From: a virus
Taxonomy: Duplodnaviria > Caudoviricetes
Virus record (IMG/VR): IMGVR_UViG_3300025889_000140
Location: 1 to 58,200 of that record
Length of the DNA stretch: 58,200 nucleotides
Reading direction: 5' to 3' (one strand)
How positions within the stretch are numbered: the first letter of the stretch is position 1; the number at the start of each line of letters is the position of its first letter. A program made the translations under genes and the position numbers. The notes beneath the pieces are model-generated. The model saw only the letters and a list, made by a program, of their open reading frames with translations, was not told the DNA's origin and did not search any database. Below, piece after piece: positions 36,009 to 47,600 of this stretch.

Positions 36009-37490
36009 TTATGATTGGAAAATCACAAAGTTGTTTGCACCCATAGTACATACACATCTTTCAGATAGGAAGTTTACTTCCATAGCATCTAAATCAGATG
36101 TCATTGCACCACCAGCTGAACCTGTAATCCAAGTCTTGTACTTTCTGTCTTCAGTTTCTGAAGCTCTGTATCGTACATGTAAGAAAGGACGCTTAGCATT
36201 CTTTCCAAGGATTTGGTCGTAAACAGTAGTTGAACCTGCAGGTACTAGTAAACCATTTACAGAACCTGTTCCAGTTAAACCACCACGCATAGTTGGGTCG
36301 TTTAGGTATTTCCAGTCAGACTTGTAGAAATCATATCCTCTACGGAATCCAGTGAATCCAAGATTCAATGCCATCTCCATGTCATTGTCAAATAGACCAT
36401 AAGAAGTACCATTTGCAGTAGACTGAGCAGAACCATTAAGTTCAGCTAACATGTCATCAATATCAAATCCAAATTGTCTGTTCAAGAAAAGTACGTTTTC
36501 TTCAATAGCACCTTGCTTGTCTAAACGAGAAATGATAGTATCGAAATCTGCTAGTGCAGTTGGGTTTCCACCTGCCCATACATTTCCTCTGTTTTCTACT
36601 GCGTAGAATACACCCTCAGAACCTTTGTTTCCTACATCTCCACCAGCAGCAATTGCTCCAGAGCCTGCTTCTGCTGGTACTGCTTCAATCATAGCTGTTT
36701 CTAAGTAGTCATCAAAACGTAAACGAGTTTCGTGCTCAGACTTCAAATACCATAGGTATCCTGAAGCTCCGTTTTCAGTAGTCACTTCAATCCATCCGAT
36801 TTGAGCCATATCAGAACCTGATACTGCATACTTATCTTTGATGATGATTGGTGAGTTGTCGAAGATTTCATCTTCAGCCTCTAAAGAACCTTGCATTCCT
36901 GCTGTTCCTTTTTTGAATTCAGAACCATAGATAAAGATAGTTGCATCAGCATTACCTGCTCCTGAACCACCTGTATAACCTGCAGCGTTATAGAAAGCTA
37001 CAGTAATTTGGTTATCGTTCAATCCTCCTGCAACACCTACTGCAGTTACGATTCCTTTATATTCTCCTGAATCATCATTGTTAGAAACAACAACAGTTTG
37101 ACCTACACGAATAGCGATAGTTCCAGCTGTTAAGCCTGTTGCAGCTCTGTCTGGTACTAATGCATCGTTAATGTCAAATGTTACATTGTCTCCATCAACT
37201 ACTGCTCCTGTTCCACACTCTGTATATTTAGTGTGTAATCTTCCTTGCTCTGCCCACTTTACTAGGTCTGAGTTACTTGGTAGCTCAGCTCCTACTAAAC
37301 GTAAGAAAGAAGAAATAGTTCTATTACCATAACGCTCAAATTCTTTTTCATAAGTGTCTGGTAAGTACTGATTCAAAAAGTTGAAATCAGTAATGTAATT
37401 TGTAGCCAACGGCACTTGTTGTGGTGCTGGCTGTAGCGCAAACCCTGGTCCTACTGGAGTAGTGTTTGGCCCTAATAATTGTCCTGGCAT
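36009..37490 (-). CDS. major capsid protein
   Basis: 493 aa after scaffold-like gene, followed by terminator; QYLPD.YE.E.ERYGNR, W.EQGRLH, LGFTGFRRG.YDFYK motifs of Bacteroidota podophage MCPs. Confidence 0.8.
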   Translation of the reverse strand: MPGQLLGPNTTPVGPGFALQPAPQQVPLATNYITDFNFLNQYLPDTYEKEFERYGNRTISSFLRLVGAELPSNSDLVKWAEQGRLHTKYTECGTGAVVDGDNVTFDINDALVPDRAATGLTAGTIAIRVGQTVVVSNNDDSGEYKGIVTAVGVAGGLNDNQITVAFYNAAGYTGGSGAGNADATIFIYGSEFKKGTAGMQGSLEAEDEIFDNSPIIIKDKYAVSGSDMAQIGWIEVTTENGASGYLWYLKSEHETRLRFDDYLETAMIEAVPAEAGSGAIAAGGDVGNKGSEGVFYAVENRGNVWAGGNPTALADFDTIISRLDKQGAIEENVLFLNRQFGFDIDDMLAELNGSAQSTANGTSYGLFDNDMEMALNLGFTGFRRGYDFYKSDWKYLNDPTMRGGLTGTGSVNGLLVPAGSTTVYDQILGKNAKRPFLHVRYRASETEDRKYKTWITGSAGGAMTSDLDAMEVNFLSERCVCTMGANNFVIFQS

Positions 37491-37511
37491 TTTTTAATTT
37501 TTTAAATGTTG

Positions 37512-38612
37512 TTAATTTTTTCTTTTAATACTCTTAATCTTTAAACCTCTGCCCTCGCTTGGATTGATTGCACGAAACTGAGTTCCTCCTTTAGAAACAA
37601 CTTCTGGAGCAGAACGTGTAGACATATTAATATTTTTCATTTTTCTAGTTACGTCTTCCGTTGCTGCCGCCTTGCCTTGTTCGTAAAAAAACCTTGCGAA
37701 CTTGTCAGGGTTCATTGCTGCTGCTAATGCTTTGTGATACTCAGCCGCATCTTTAACTAATCCATCTTCATTCAAATGATTATTAATAAAATTAATAACG
37801 CTTGATTGAGATTTCTTAATCTCTTCTACAGAACCTCCAGGATTGTACAACAAATTAGCGTCATCAATACTGACCTTAAAACCTTTAAAGTCTTGATTAA
37901 GCACCTTGTCAGTTTCTTTGTTAAAGAAATCTACTTTCCTAGCCTGCTCTTCTGACTGAGTCTTTGCATTCTCAACGTATTGCTTGTAAGCTTTATAGTC
38001 TTCATTGTCCTCAGAAATACCAGTTGCACTTGACTCAAGTGGCTGGCGATACATTTCTTTTTGTTCATTGAAAAACTTTCTAGCTTTTACAATTGCTTTT
38101 TTCTTTTTTAACTTAGCTCTTTTGATATCAGATTCATCGTCAAGTTCCTCATCATAGGAATAATCTTCCATTAACAGCTCAACATCTTCTTTATCAATGC
38201 CCTCTTCAGTGGCTAAAAGATACTCAGTTAAAATTTGGTCTTCATCTAAGGAATCAAAGTCTCTGTTTAATTTAACATAATCTTCAATGCCACGACCAGT
38301 TTTCTTTTTATATTCAAAATAAGCTGACACATCTTCTGGCAGTTCAGTATTGTTTTCTTTTTCTTCAAACAATTGGTCTACCGATGATATGTCCTTATCA
38401 TATCTATTCTTAATAAAACTAAGAACGTCTTCTTCTTTTAGTTCAGCACCTTGCGTTTCCTCAGGAGCTGCGGTTTGCTCTACAACTTCAGTTTCCACTT
38501 GTTGTTGTGTTTGCTCTTCGTGTTGCTGTTCAACCTTTTCAATTAGATTTTCTTCTACTTCAGCGGCTGACTTTTCTTCAACAACACCCACTTCTTTTAC
38601 TTTTATTTCCAT
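37512..38612 (-). CDS. putative capsid scaffolding protein
   Basis: very acidic N-terminus; lies between portal and MCP. Confidence 0.6.
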   Translation of the reverse strand: MEIKVKEVGVVEEKSAAEVEENLIEKVEQQHEEQTQQQVETEVVEQTAAPEETQGAELKEEDVLSFIKNRYDKDISSVDQLFEEKENNTELPEDVSAYFEYKKKTGRGIEDYVKLNRDFDSLDEDQILTEYLLATEEGIDKEDVELLMEDYSYDEELDDESDIKRAKLKKKKAIVKARKFFNEQKEMYRQPLESSATGISEDNEDYKAYKQYVENAKTQSEEQARKVDFFNKETDKVLNQDFKGFKVSIDDANLLYNPGGSVEEIKKSQSSVINFINNHLNEDGLVKDAAEYHKALAAAMNPDKFARFFYEQGKAAATEDVTRKMKNINMSTRSAPEVVSKGGTQFRAINPSEGRGLKIKSIKRKN

Positions 38613-38629
38613 TAGATTAAATTTTAGTA

Positions 38630-38637
38630 CAAATATA
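38630..38637 (-). promoter_or_regulatory. -7 promoter element TATATTTG
   Basis: intergenic, upstream of scaffold-capsid genes. Confidence 0.55.
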
Positions 38638-38666
38638 GTACATTAAACAATTATTTTTTATTTAGT

Positions 38667-41102
38667 TTATCTTGGGTCAAACTCTGCTAAATCAAACCCA
38701 TCTAAACTATCTTCATTAGACTCAAAGTTTTGAGGAGGTAAGTTATTTTTTCTTTGATTAATTAACTTAGACTGCTCTGTATTTTGTTGACTAATACGAG
38801 AAGCTTTAGCTGTTTCTCTTTGAACTTCTCTCTTAGCTAGAGCCTCTTCTGACATTCCTCTCAACTGTTGATTATAATTAAACTCTTCTGCCATCAACTG
38901 ACTTTTTAGCATAGCTTCATTCTTCATCTTCTCAATTTCAAAAGCTATCTCGGCTTGTTTAATTTGCATCTTAGCATTCATCTCTGCTTGAGATTGTTGC
39001 ATAGCTGCTTGCGCAGCCATTTGCTGAGACTTTAATTGCTGAGCGGCTTGCATCTGTTGCTTTAACATAGCATTCTTCTCATCACGTTCTTGCTTTTGTT
39101 TTCTTTTTACCTTAAGTAATTGATTAGCAAGTTTAATGTTTTTAATTTCTCTTATATCAATAGCATCTTCCAGATTTATATCTTGTTTAGATAAAGCCAT
39201 TTGGATATTAGCCTCAAGCTGAGCTTTCTCTTCTTCATCAGGTGAAACCTCAATAAAGATACCGAAGTCATAAATATATAAATCAGATATATCATTAAGT
39301 ATACTTACGTTATACTTTCCTATTTTATTTATAAAATCTTCTTTGAAATCAGAGTACTCTAATATATCCGCTACTCTATAAGTTAAAGCTTCTGCCAGTG
39401 TTCTGTAAACATACAAGCTTCCTTGAAGTATATGTCTAGTTGCTGTGTTAGAGTTTAACGCTGCAAGCTTTTGTAATCCAACTAACGAGTTGGGGTCAGG
39501 AGTTGAGCCATCTCTAGCTTCATTTAACCCTGTTACAGTTCTAATCATGTTTAGATAATGATTATAGTTTGTAATAAGCATCTGAGTTTTACTAGCACCA
39601 CTATTAGATGTAAGTTGCTGTATAGGAACTCTGGCTTGATTAAAGTCTCCGTCTTGTGTATAGCTTCTTCCAATTACAGAACCTGTTTGGAAATATAATC
39701 TTAATGCATCTTCAGGATTATACGCAGCTCCTGTCCCCAGGTCAACTTCATTTAATCCATCTGCATCTATAAATACTCCATCAGGCACAGTCCTGGCTAT
39801 AACTTGTTGTAATTTCAAATGTGTAATCTGAATCAAATCAGCAAAAGGAATCATTCTTCTAACCAAAGATTCAATTACGCCTTTGTACATTCTTGGAGCT
39901 ACAGCTACATAGTTTGGTAATGCGTGTTGTGAAGAAGACTGAGGGCGAACCATATTACTAGCCAGTTCCCACTTCAAAAGAATATCAGTACCCATCACCA
40001 TTATTCCGTCATACCAAACATCAATAGTTTTTGAAACCTTTTCAAACCTGCCCTCTTCCATCATTTCTGGTGGAGGATTGAACTGGTCATCTTTTTCTAT
40101 CATTTTCATAGCTCCGCTATCAGTAACTTTTTTCTTATAAACCATCTTCTTCGTGGTTTTATAATTGAAATACATTAAGGTTACTGTGTCTCTATAAAAA
40201 ATATCGTTCTGATAATATTGTGCTACGTTGTAGTAATCATACCAGCTTTGACTATATTTAGATATCTTATCTAAATCTTCATTAGTTAATGTTGGGTCAA
40301 TCTTTAGGAGCTCCGTAATAGGAACAACTTTAATTTCACCCCAGTAAAAACAATCTTTAAAATGTGGGTCTTCAGTATAACTATACACAACATTAGCAGG
40401 GTCAACATATTTAACCTCTACACCAGAGCCTGGTAAAAACTCATGCTTGGCTACACCAATACCTAATACTGTTAAATCATAATCAATACGCTTACGTGTG
40501 TCTGCATAATGATTTTCTTGAAACATAGTGTCAATAGCCTCCTCTTCAGCTATCTCTATGGCTGGCTTATAATTAAGCTGCATGTATAGTGTAAGTTCTT
40601 CGTCATTTTCAGGAAGAGAGTCAGGGTCCATTGTAAATGGGTCTGCTCCTGTCATGTTTTTAATATCTAAGAGTATGTCTTTGGCGGCCATCTGAGCCTC
40701 CACCATGTCTTGATACTTACTTCTTTTACCTTGGGATAACACATCTTGCGCAAAAGCTTTTACTTTAAACAGTCTGTCTGACATTCCATTAACTACAATG
40801 TCAACAAACTTTGGAAGTATAGGAACAGGGGTCCAGTCTAAATTAAGATAAGATAAATCTCCGTCTACTGCTAGTTCATTTTTGTATTTTCCAACTGATT
40901 GTTCACCTCTTGCGTATAAACGTAATCTGTGAAAATCTCGCCATTGGTTATAATAACGACAGCCATTGCCGTCTTTTCTAAACCACTCATACTGTATTGC
41001 TTGCCCTATCTGTAAGCCAAACTCATCAGTGGCTTTTTCCGCATCTGATACAAATTGACTAGGGAATCCTACAGACGAAATATCTATTTTAACTTCTTTC
41101 AT
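38667..41102 (-). CDS. portal protein
   Basis: 811 aa after terminase; LRLYARGEQS, LDWTPVPILPKFVDIVVNG; Gln/Ala-rich C-terminal barrel. Confidence 0.85.
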   Translation of the reverse strand: MKEVKIDISSVGFPSQFVSDAEKATDEFGLQIGQAIQYEWFRKDGNGCRYYNQWRDFHRLRLYARGEQSVGKYKNELAVDGDLSYLNLDWTPVPILPKFVDIVVNGMSDRLFKVKAFAQDVLSQGKRSKYQDMVEAQMAAKDILLDIKNMTGADPFTMDPDSLPENDEELTLYMQLNYKPAIEIAEEEAIDTMFQENHYADTRKRIDYDLTVLGIGVAKHEFLPGSGVEVKYVDPANVVYSYTEDPHFKDCFYWGEIKVVPITELLKIDPTLTNEDLDKISKYSQSWYDYYNVAQYYQNDIFYRDTVTLMYFNYKTTKKMVYKKKVTDSGAMKMIEKDDQFNPPPEMMEEGRFEKVSKTIDVWYDGIMVMGTDILLKWELASNMVRPQSSSQHALPNYVAVAPRMYKGVIESLVRRMIPFADLIQITHLKLQQVIARTVPDGVFIDADGLNEVDLGTGAAYNPEDALRLYFQTGSVIGRSYTQDGDFNQARVPIQQLTSNSGASKTQMLITNYNHYLNMIRTVTGLNEARDGSTPDPNSLVGLQKLAALNSNTATRHILQGSLYVYRTLAEALTYRVADILEYSDFKEDFINKIGKYNVSILNDISDLYIYDFGIFIEVSPDEEEKAQLEANIQMALSKQDINLEDAIDIREIKNIKLANQLLKVKRKQKQERDEKNAMLKQQMQAAQQLKSQQMAAQAAMQQSQAEMNAKMQIKQAEIAFEIEKMKNEAMLKSQLMAEEFNYNQQLRGMSEEALAKREVQRETAKASRISQQNTEQSKLINQRKNNLPPQNFESNEDSLDGFDLAEFDPR

Positions 41103-43352
41103 CTATCTAATTAAATCGCTTATTAATCCCTTATTGGTATACCTTGCAAAGTTAATGGAAATTTTTGAGCTTTTCTTTTCAGGTGTATAAAGATGCTTTT
41201 GACAAGCCATAATCGCTAAACCACTGCTAATAGATGCATCAAATCTAGTTCTGTTGCTTATATCAAACTTAGCCCAGTCTTCTAGAGTCCTGGTAAATGG
41301 CATAGACCCCATAAGGTCAGGGTCTCTAAATGTACCCTCCATATCTAAACCAATATGTTTTTCTATATACGATTCTATTGCAGCTGCATGAGCTTGTTTT
41401 ATATCCTCACTGGAGTTTGGTATACCTCCTAATTCTTTTTCTGTTCTTGATAATTTATTAAAAACCTTATCAGGCCTATTCATACTAAAAGCTCTATATC
41501 CTCTGTTTTTAAAATGATACAAAAGCCTAGGCTTGTTATTCTCAACAAGTATTGGCATTCCATAAAACACACAAGCCATTAACACTTCTTCAAAAAATAT
41601 TTCTGCGGTTTGAGGTCTTGCTACATACTCTAAGAAAAACTCATTGCTTGGAGCTTCGTCCATGTTGAATTTTGTCAGGCCATGTAGTGCACCATTAGAA
41701 CCTCTTCCACCTACTGTTCCAGATATGTCATAACTATCACAACCAAACGCACCCAGGTGTTCATTACCTGGCATCTTTTTCCCATTCCTGTTTATGATTC
41801 TATTCTGTAAATTTTTGTTGGGTGTCCACGAAACTAGGAATCTCCCACGATTGTTAGGTGTCCATATAACTTTAGAATCTTTTATTCCATCTTTCCATGA
41901 AAACGAGCCTCTTGTTAAATGATGTTCTTTTATAACAGAATCGTTATAATCAATCTGCTGATATATCTTTGTTAAATTAAATAAAGATTGTTTACTTTCA
42001 TCTCTGAAAGCATGTGACTCAGTTCTTGGAAACTGTCTATAGAATTCGTTCAAAGCATCAGGGTCATTCTTTAGACTTTCAACTTCAGCTTCCCAATAAT
42101 CTATCGCACCATTCTCTATAACCTCACCATCAACACCAATAGTTTTTTCTGTAGGTTTTCTAAAAACAGGTAATCCATATCTATCTATAAATCCCTCCAT
42201 ATTCCATTCCATTGGAATAAATAAGTTATATAATCCGCTTTTAGTTTGGCCATTAGAATTACGCTTACTCAATGATGAATCCTCGTATAATTTTTTAAAA
42301 TTATCTCCACCCTTGCTCAATGCATTAGAAGTAGAACCCATCATACATTTACCTATAATCTTACTACCTAAACGCAAACAAGTTTTTGTTACACGCCAGT
42401 TATTTAAAATATTATTTGGCTTTATCCATTTACCACTTTCATCATGCACTAACAATAATAACTTCTCACCATCATAGGAGTTGTCATCTGTGTTCTTCCA
42501 ATCTATAGTTGTATCCAATCCTAACAATTCTTCTTGGTTAGAATCATACATATTTTTTTTTGTTATTTTAGATGCTGGTATCCTAAACGCTAACTCTGTT
42601 TTAGGTTTATCCATACCATCTTGTATAGGCTTGAAGAAGAATGGTAATCTGTTTGCTATAGGAACAACTTTATCAGTAAACATTTTCTTAGCGTCTGCTC
42701 CTGTTTTAGATAGTATACCAACCCTCGAATCTTTTGCGAGTGTCCCTGTATTGACACTCTCTGAAGAGCCCATGTAAGAAAAGCCTGAACGCCTTATTTT
42801 TAAATAAGCCATTCCAAAACTTCTGTTGTCAGCCTTGCATGCCTCCCAATACAAATAAAATATTCTATTAGCTTCTCTATAATCTGGGTAACCCACATCT
42901 ATAGATGTCCATTGCAAGTACATGTAGTGAGCTCCTGATATGTATGTAGGAACTCCATTATTCATAAACCAATAACCTAATTCTCTATTATCAAATTCAT
43001 TCTCAATATAATCAACCCAGTTGTTTTTAAACTCACTAGGCATTTCATTCCATTGAAATATTGATTGAATTTTACTAAGAGGTTTTGGAATATCTATTCT
43101 TTCCCAGTATTGTTCAGATTTTTTATTTGAACGTGAATGTATTTTTTTTGGTTGTTTGGGTAGACCAATAATAAGACCTTGTATATTTATAATCTCTCCA
43201 AGCTCGCCACTTCTAGATATACAGACAAAGTCATATTTCTTGTTGTATCCATACTCCCAACTTTTATTTTTGTTCTTGTTGGTAAGTACGGATTTAGGTA
43301 CGTAATCTTGTACAACTTTATACATGTCGTTATTTTGACCTACGCTCTGCAA
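41103..43352 (-). CDS. terL: terminase large subunit
   Basis: LKIRRSGFS (Walker A-like), LLVHDESGKW (Walker B), GSTSN, GCDSYD nuclease; true start may be slightly downstream (MYKVV). Confidence 0.88.
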   Translation of the reverse strand: MQSVGQNNDMYKVVQDYVPKSVLTNKNKNKSWEYGYNKKYDFVCISRSGELGEIINIQGLIIGLPKQPKKIHSRSNKKSEQYWERIDIPKPLSKIQSIFQWNEMPSEFKNNWVDYIENEFDNRELGYWFMNNGVPTYISGAHYMYLQWTSIDVGYPDYREANRIFYLYWEACKADNRSFGMAYLKIRRSGFSYMGSSESVNTGTLAKDSRVGILSKTGADAKKMFTDKVVPIANRLPFFFKPIQDGMDKPKTELAFRIPASKITKKNMYDSNQEELLGLDTTIDWKNTDDNSYDGEKLLLLVHDESGKWIKPNNILNNWRVTKTCLRLGSKIIGKCMMGSTSNALSKGGDNFKKLYEDSSLSKRNSNGQTKSGLYNLFIPMEWNMEGFIDRYGLPVFRKPTEKTIGVDGEVIENGAIDYWEAEVESLKNDPDALNEFYRQFPRTESHAFRDESKQSLFNLTKIYQQIDYNDSVIKEHHLTRGSFSWKDGIKDSKVIWTPNNRGRFLVSWTPNKNLQNRIINRNGKKMPGNEHLGAFGCDSYDISGTVGGRGSNGALHGLTKFNMDEAPSNEFFLEYVARPQTAEIFFEEVLMACVFYGMPILVENNKPRLLYHFKNRGYRAFSMNRPDKVFNKLSRTEKELGGIPNSSEDIKQAHAAAIESYIEKHIGLDMEGTFRDPDLMGSMPFTRTLEDWAKFDISNRTRFDASISSGLAIMACQKHLYTPEKKSSKISINFARYTNKGLISDLIR

Positions 43353-43617
43353 ATCCTTGTTTTGTATCTACTTTGTTATTACTTTCTGCTAGAGATAAAG
43401 CTTCTTTTTCTGCCTCTATTCTACTTAGTATTTCAAATGCATCAAATATCGCAAGCTTTTTAGTAGCTGCCGCATTCTTAAGTCTATCTGCTGCCAAATC
43501 ATCTTCAGGGTCTGGCTTAATAATATCTTCTTTAGCAACCTTAATTAATTGATGAACAGCTCTTCTGGCTGCGTCAATAATTTCTAATTTAATTTCCTTG
43601 TTTGATTTCATTCTCAA
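43330..43617 (-). CDS. hypothetical protein (possible terminase small subunit)
   Basis: helical 95-aa ORF immediately upstream of terL. Confidence 0.5.
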   Translation of the reverse strand: MRMKSNKEIKLEIIDAARRAVHQLIKVAKEDIIKPDPEDDLAADRLKNAAATKKLAIFDAFEILSRIEAEKEALSLAESNNKVDTKQGFAERRSK

Positions 43618-43891
43618 GTTCTTTTTCTAAACACGCCAGGGCTCGCCAAGCTACCTTAGCAGTATGTCGAATCCCATCATTGTCAATTGTTCCAGCCTCT
43701 ATTAAATGTCTAGCTAATGCATCGTAATCGTCTGTTGATTTATTTCTGTCCCAATGTAAATTTTTATCTGGGTGATGTTGTTTGTTTCCTGCTAAAGAAA
43801 CACGTGAAACCTCCATTAATGCAAGAGGAAAATATTTAATAACACCTGTAAATACAGGTCTTTTTTTTCTTTCTTCTGGATTTAATTTCAT
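43589..43891 (-). CDS. DUF5664-like dATP/dGTP diphosphohydrolase domain protein
   Basis: ALMEVSRVSLAGNKQH..W....DALARHL....DGIRHTAKVAWRALA. Confidence 0.65.
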   Translation of the reverse strand: MKLNPEERKKRPVFTGVIKYFPLALMEVSRVSLAGNKQHHPDKNLHWDRNKSTDDYDALARHLIEAGTIDNDGIRHTAKVAWRALACLEKELENEIKQGN

Positions 43892-44451
43892 AGTATCATT
43901 GTTATCTGATGGTCAAACATTCTATATAATTTTTCTCCATCTACTTCAAACTCATATTCACTCTCTGGTCTGAAAGATATTAAATCACCCTTTTTAACGC
44001 CTTGATTTACTAATGTAGTATTAGGATAAATCATCTCAGCAACTAAAGGTTCTTCTTTAGTGTTCTTAAATATAATGGATTCTTTTGTTTTAATTGGTTT
44101 AACATAACAATACCTGTCATGAGCATACCATTTGTTATCTTGCTTAAACATAAAGAACTGTTCGCTGTCAACTAAAAACAAGTTGTCTTTTAGAAAACTT
44201 TTACCACTTTTTCTGCGTCCCTTAATATCATTGTAGAATTTAAAAACATTGTGATGAACAAGAAGAGTATCACCTACCTTTATAGGTCCACAATAGTTTA
44301 TAGGCAGTGCTTTTACTTCAGCATACCTGTTTGAGTACCTGGCATCTTCTTCAGATGAGCTAACAAGAAAATCTATCCCACCAATATTTTTTGTATTGGA
44401 ATATCTTTTGTTTTCTCTAGGTGTTACTATAAAGTCAGTTGGTGATTTCAA
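43888..44451 (-). CDS. tandem GroES-like domain protein
   Basis: two repeats with IKVGDTLLVHH and GVKKGDLISF..EYEFEVDGEKLYRM. Confidence 0.6.
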   Translation of the reverse strand: MKSPTDFIVTPRENKRYSNTKNIGGIDFLVSSSEEDARYSNRYAEVKALPINYCGPIKVGDTLLVHHNVFKFYNDIKGRRKSGKSFLKDNLFLVDSEQFFMFKQDNKWYAHDRYCYVKPIKTKESIIFKNTKEEPLVAEMIYPNTTLVNQGVKKGDLISFRPESEYEFEVDGEKLYRMFDHQITMIL

Positions 44452-44672
44452 AAGTTTATATTGTATTCAATGGATACAGGCATAGTCGAACTAAACTCTT
44501 TCCAAAGAATAACAACATCATCTTCTTCTATGTATATTTTGTAGGATTGCAATTGAGAATCATATTTAATTAAATGAATCCTGTGTGTTCCATTTAGAAC
44601 TTCTTGACCTACTAAGTAATGCATAGCTCCAGACTTATAATCTGGACCGACAGATATTTTTCTTATATCCAT
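44448..44672 (-). CDS. conserved hypothetical phage protein
   Basis: IRKISVGPDYK..AMHY.VGQ. Confidence 0.7.
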   Translation of the reverse strand: MDIRKISVGPDYKSGAMHYLVGQEVLNGTHRIHLIKYDSQLQSYKIYIEEDDVVILWKEFSSTMPVSIEYNINF

Positions 44673-44689
44673 TATATTAAATTTTATTA

Positions 44690-47600
44690 TTAAGACTTAA
44701 GTAAGTCTATTTCTGCTTTCAATTCTTTTATTGCTTGTACAAGAACAGGGATTAGTCTACCATAACTTGCTTCTAATCTTTCAGGGTTGTTATCATAAAC
44801 AAGCTGTAGGTTTTCATCATCTACCTTTTGTAATTCTTGTGCGATAAATCCTAAATCTTTCTGTCCTACCTTAGCTCCATCTCGCATATTCCAATCAAAT
44901 GTTACAGGCTGTAATTTGCTAATTAAGTCAAGCCCATAAGGTGATGGTTGTACGTTTGTTTTATCTCTGCCATCAGAAAGTGCAGATATTGTTTGTACTT
45001 GACACCTTAAGGCAGTTATACTTGAGTTTCCTAAAGTTATTTCATTATAGACAGTAGCAGAGCTTGCTTGAGCGTTTCTACCGATAACGATGTTATTATC
45101 TCCATATGTTATATTAGAACCTGCATTAGAACCTAAAGCTGTGTTCCATCTACCTGTAGTATTAGACTCAAGTGAAAGATATCCTACAGCTGTGTTTTCA
45201 GCACCAGTCATATTTACAAGTAAAGAACCCCTACCTACAGCTGTGTTTGATGCTGCACCATTTTCTCTTAAAGCTTCTCGCCCTATTGCTACGTTATTAT
45301 TTCCAGGGTTACCATTTTTTTGAGCATGATAACCTATTGCAACACTACTATTTTGTACAGCAGCATTTGCATTAGCTTCGTTTCCTATAGATACGTTAAA
45401 ACTACCTGTAACGTTGTTTATAGATGTTTGATACCCTATTGCTACGTTATTGTTTGCGTTCGAGTTTAGTAAAGACTCAAATCCTATAGAGGTATTTCTA
45501 CTTGCTGTTGTTGCTAGTGACAATGAATTTTTACCAAATACAGTATTATAACCACCTGTGAGGTTAGCTAAATTTCCTGCATTATTTCCTGCAATGGTAC
45601 TATCATTTGGTTGGTCTAAATCTAAAAGGCCTTTTATTGTGGCTGTGCTATCTACCAAAAGCTCACCTTGACCCAATGAAACAGGAGCGGTTGTTGAACC
45701 AATGTAAACGCCTACATGTCCAAATCTAGTGCTGATTTCTGTAACCCTTACTGTTTCGGTATTAGTTTCATCTATAAAACTAACATAATTACCTCCACCA
45801 ATATTAATAGTATTATTTTGGCCATCGTATGTAAGGTCGTTTCCTATATATATAGCTCCATTTCTAGTTATTGTAGGTGCAATATTGTTTCCAAAAGCTA
45901 AGGTCTTCTTTACAGTTCCTCCTGTCAAAACTTGAAGAGTATTACCCTCCCCAAGCACTCCAACATTACCAGATGTAGTGTTGCCGCTACCTATAGCAAA
46001 ATTTCCATCACCTGGGTCTGCAACTGCTATATCGTTTACGTTATTCTGATATCCTAATGCAAGATGCCCTTCTCCTTGGTCTTCAACTATATTGTTGTTT
46101 CTACCAAGAGCAACGGAGTAAGCGGAGTTGGCAAGAGACCCAGAACCCCCTGCAATTGAGCCCTCTGCGTTTGCTGTACCGCCTATTAATGCCAATGAAT
46201 CTGTTCCGTTTGAAACAGCAGCACTTCCTATAGCAATAGAGCCAGTTCCAGTTGCCTGAGCAGTTCTACCCAAAGCCGTTGAATATTGTCCTGATGCTGC
46301 AGTATTAATTCCAATTGCAACGGCATCTGTATTTGTAGCGGTAGCTTGGTTTCCTATGGCAACTGCATTTTGAGCAGTTTGACCTGTAACGGCTGCTAAA
46401 CCAAGGGCAAGTGAATCTTGACCTTGTGCGTTTGGAGTAGTTCCTATTGCGACAGCTCCTGTGCCTGTTTGAGCAATAGCTTGAGTTCCTATCGCAATAG
46501 CTCCGTTTGTTGATGCTTGAGACGATATACCTAGGGCAACTGCTCCTGTACCGCCTGCAACAACGTTATCACTTCCCATTGCAATAGACCTTGTTGCTCC
46601 ACTTGCAACTTCATTGCCTTGACCTGCTACAATAGATTCTTTTCCGTATGCATTGTTTTTTTTACCGATAGCAGCTGAGCTTGCGGCATTAACTATGTTG
46701 TTAGAACCTGTTGCAAATGCTCCATCAGCACCTGAAACACCAATATTATTCTGACGGCCTAAAGCTACTGAGTTTTCTCCACCTGAGCTTATTACGTTTT
46801 CAAATCCTGACACAATAGAACCAGGTGAGGCAACTGAATTTCCTTTTCCAAATACTGCAGAGTGTTCAGCTGTAGATAACGTAGTTGATGTGTTACCAAC
46901 TACTACACTATAATCTGCTGCGTTTACTGTACTAGTTCCTCCTGTAATCCCTGCTTGCCCTGATGCAACTACACTATCTCCATAACCAAAAGCATTAATT
47001 CCTGAAGCTGTACTACCACCACCTCCTGCAAAAGCGTTTGCGGCATTTGCTTCTGAATTTCCAATAGCAAAGCTTTGTAGAGCTGAAGCTACAGCTTGTC
47101 CGCCAAAAGCAAAGGACAGTTCTGCTGAAGCTATAGATTGTTCGCCTCCTGCAAAAGAGTTTATTCCTGTTGCCTGATTTTCATTTCCAAATACAAACGC
47201 ATATTCACCAGTTGCGCTGTTACCCTCTCCTGCCACAAAAGTATGAGGTGCTGAAGCTGTATTTCCTTTTCCAAAGACGGCAGAACTAACTCCAGTATTA
47301 TTATTTGATAATCCTGCAGTAATTGAGTAATCTGCATTAACTGTGTTGTTATCACCAAACGCTGCAACCGAAGACCCATCAATAGTAAGTGACGAACCCC
47401 AACCGATTGAATGATTAGCATTCAACTGACTGCTTTGGCCTCCTAATAATGCAAAGTCATCTAAAACACTATTTCCTGAACCGAACACATTTGACTGACC
47501 TCCATTTATTGAGTTGTTTGCGGTGTCATTGAAGTTCAATGATGTACCTCCTGGAATAGGGCTTATCACTATTGGAGCGTCTCCTATTTCTCTAGTGCCT

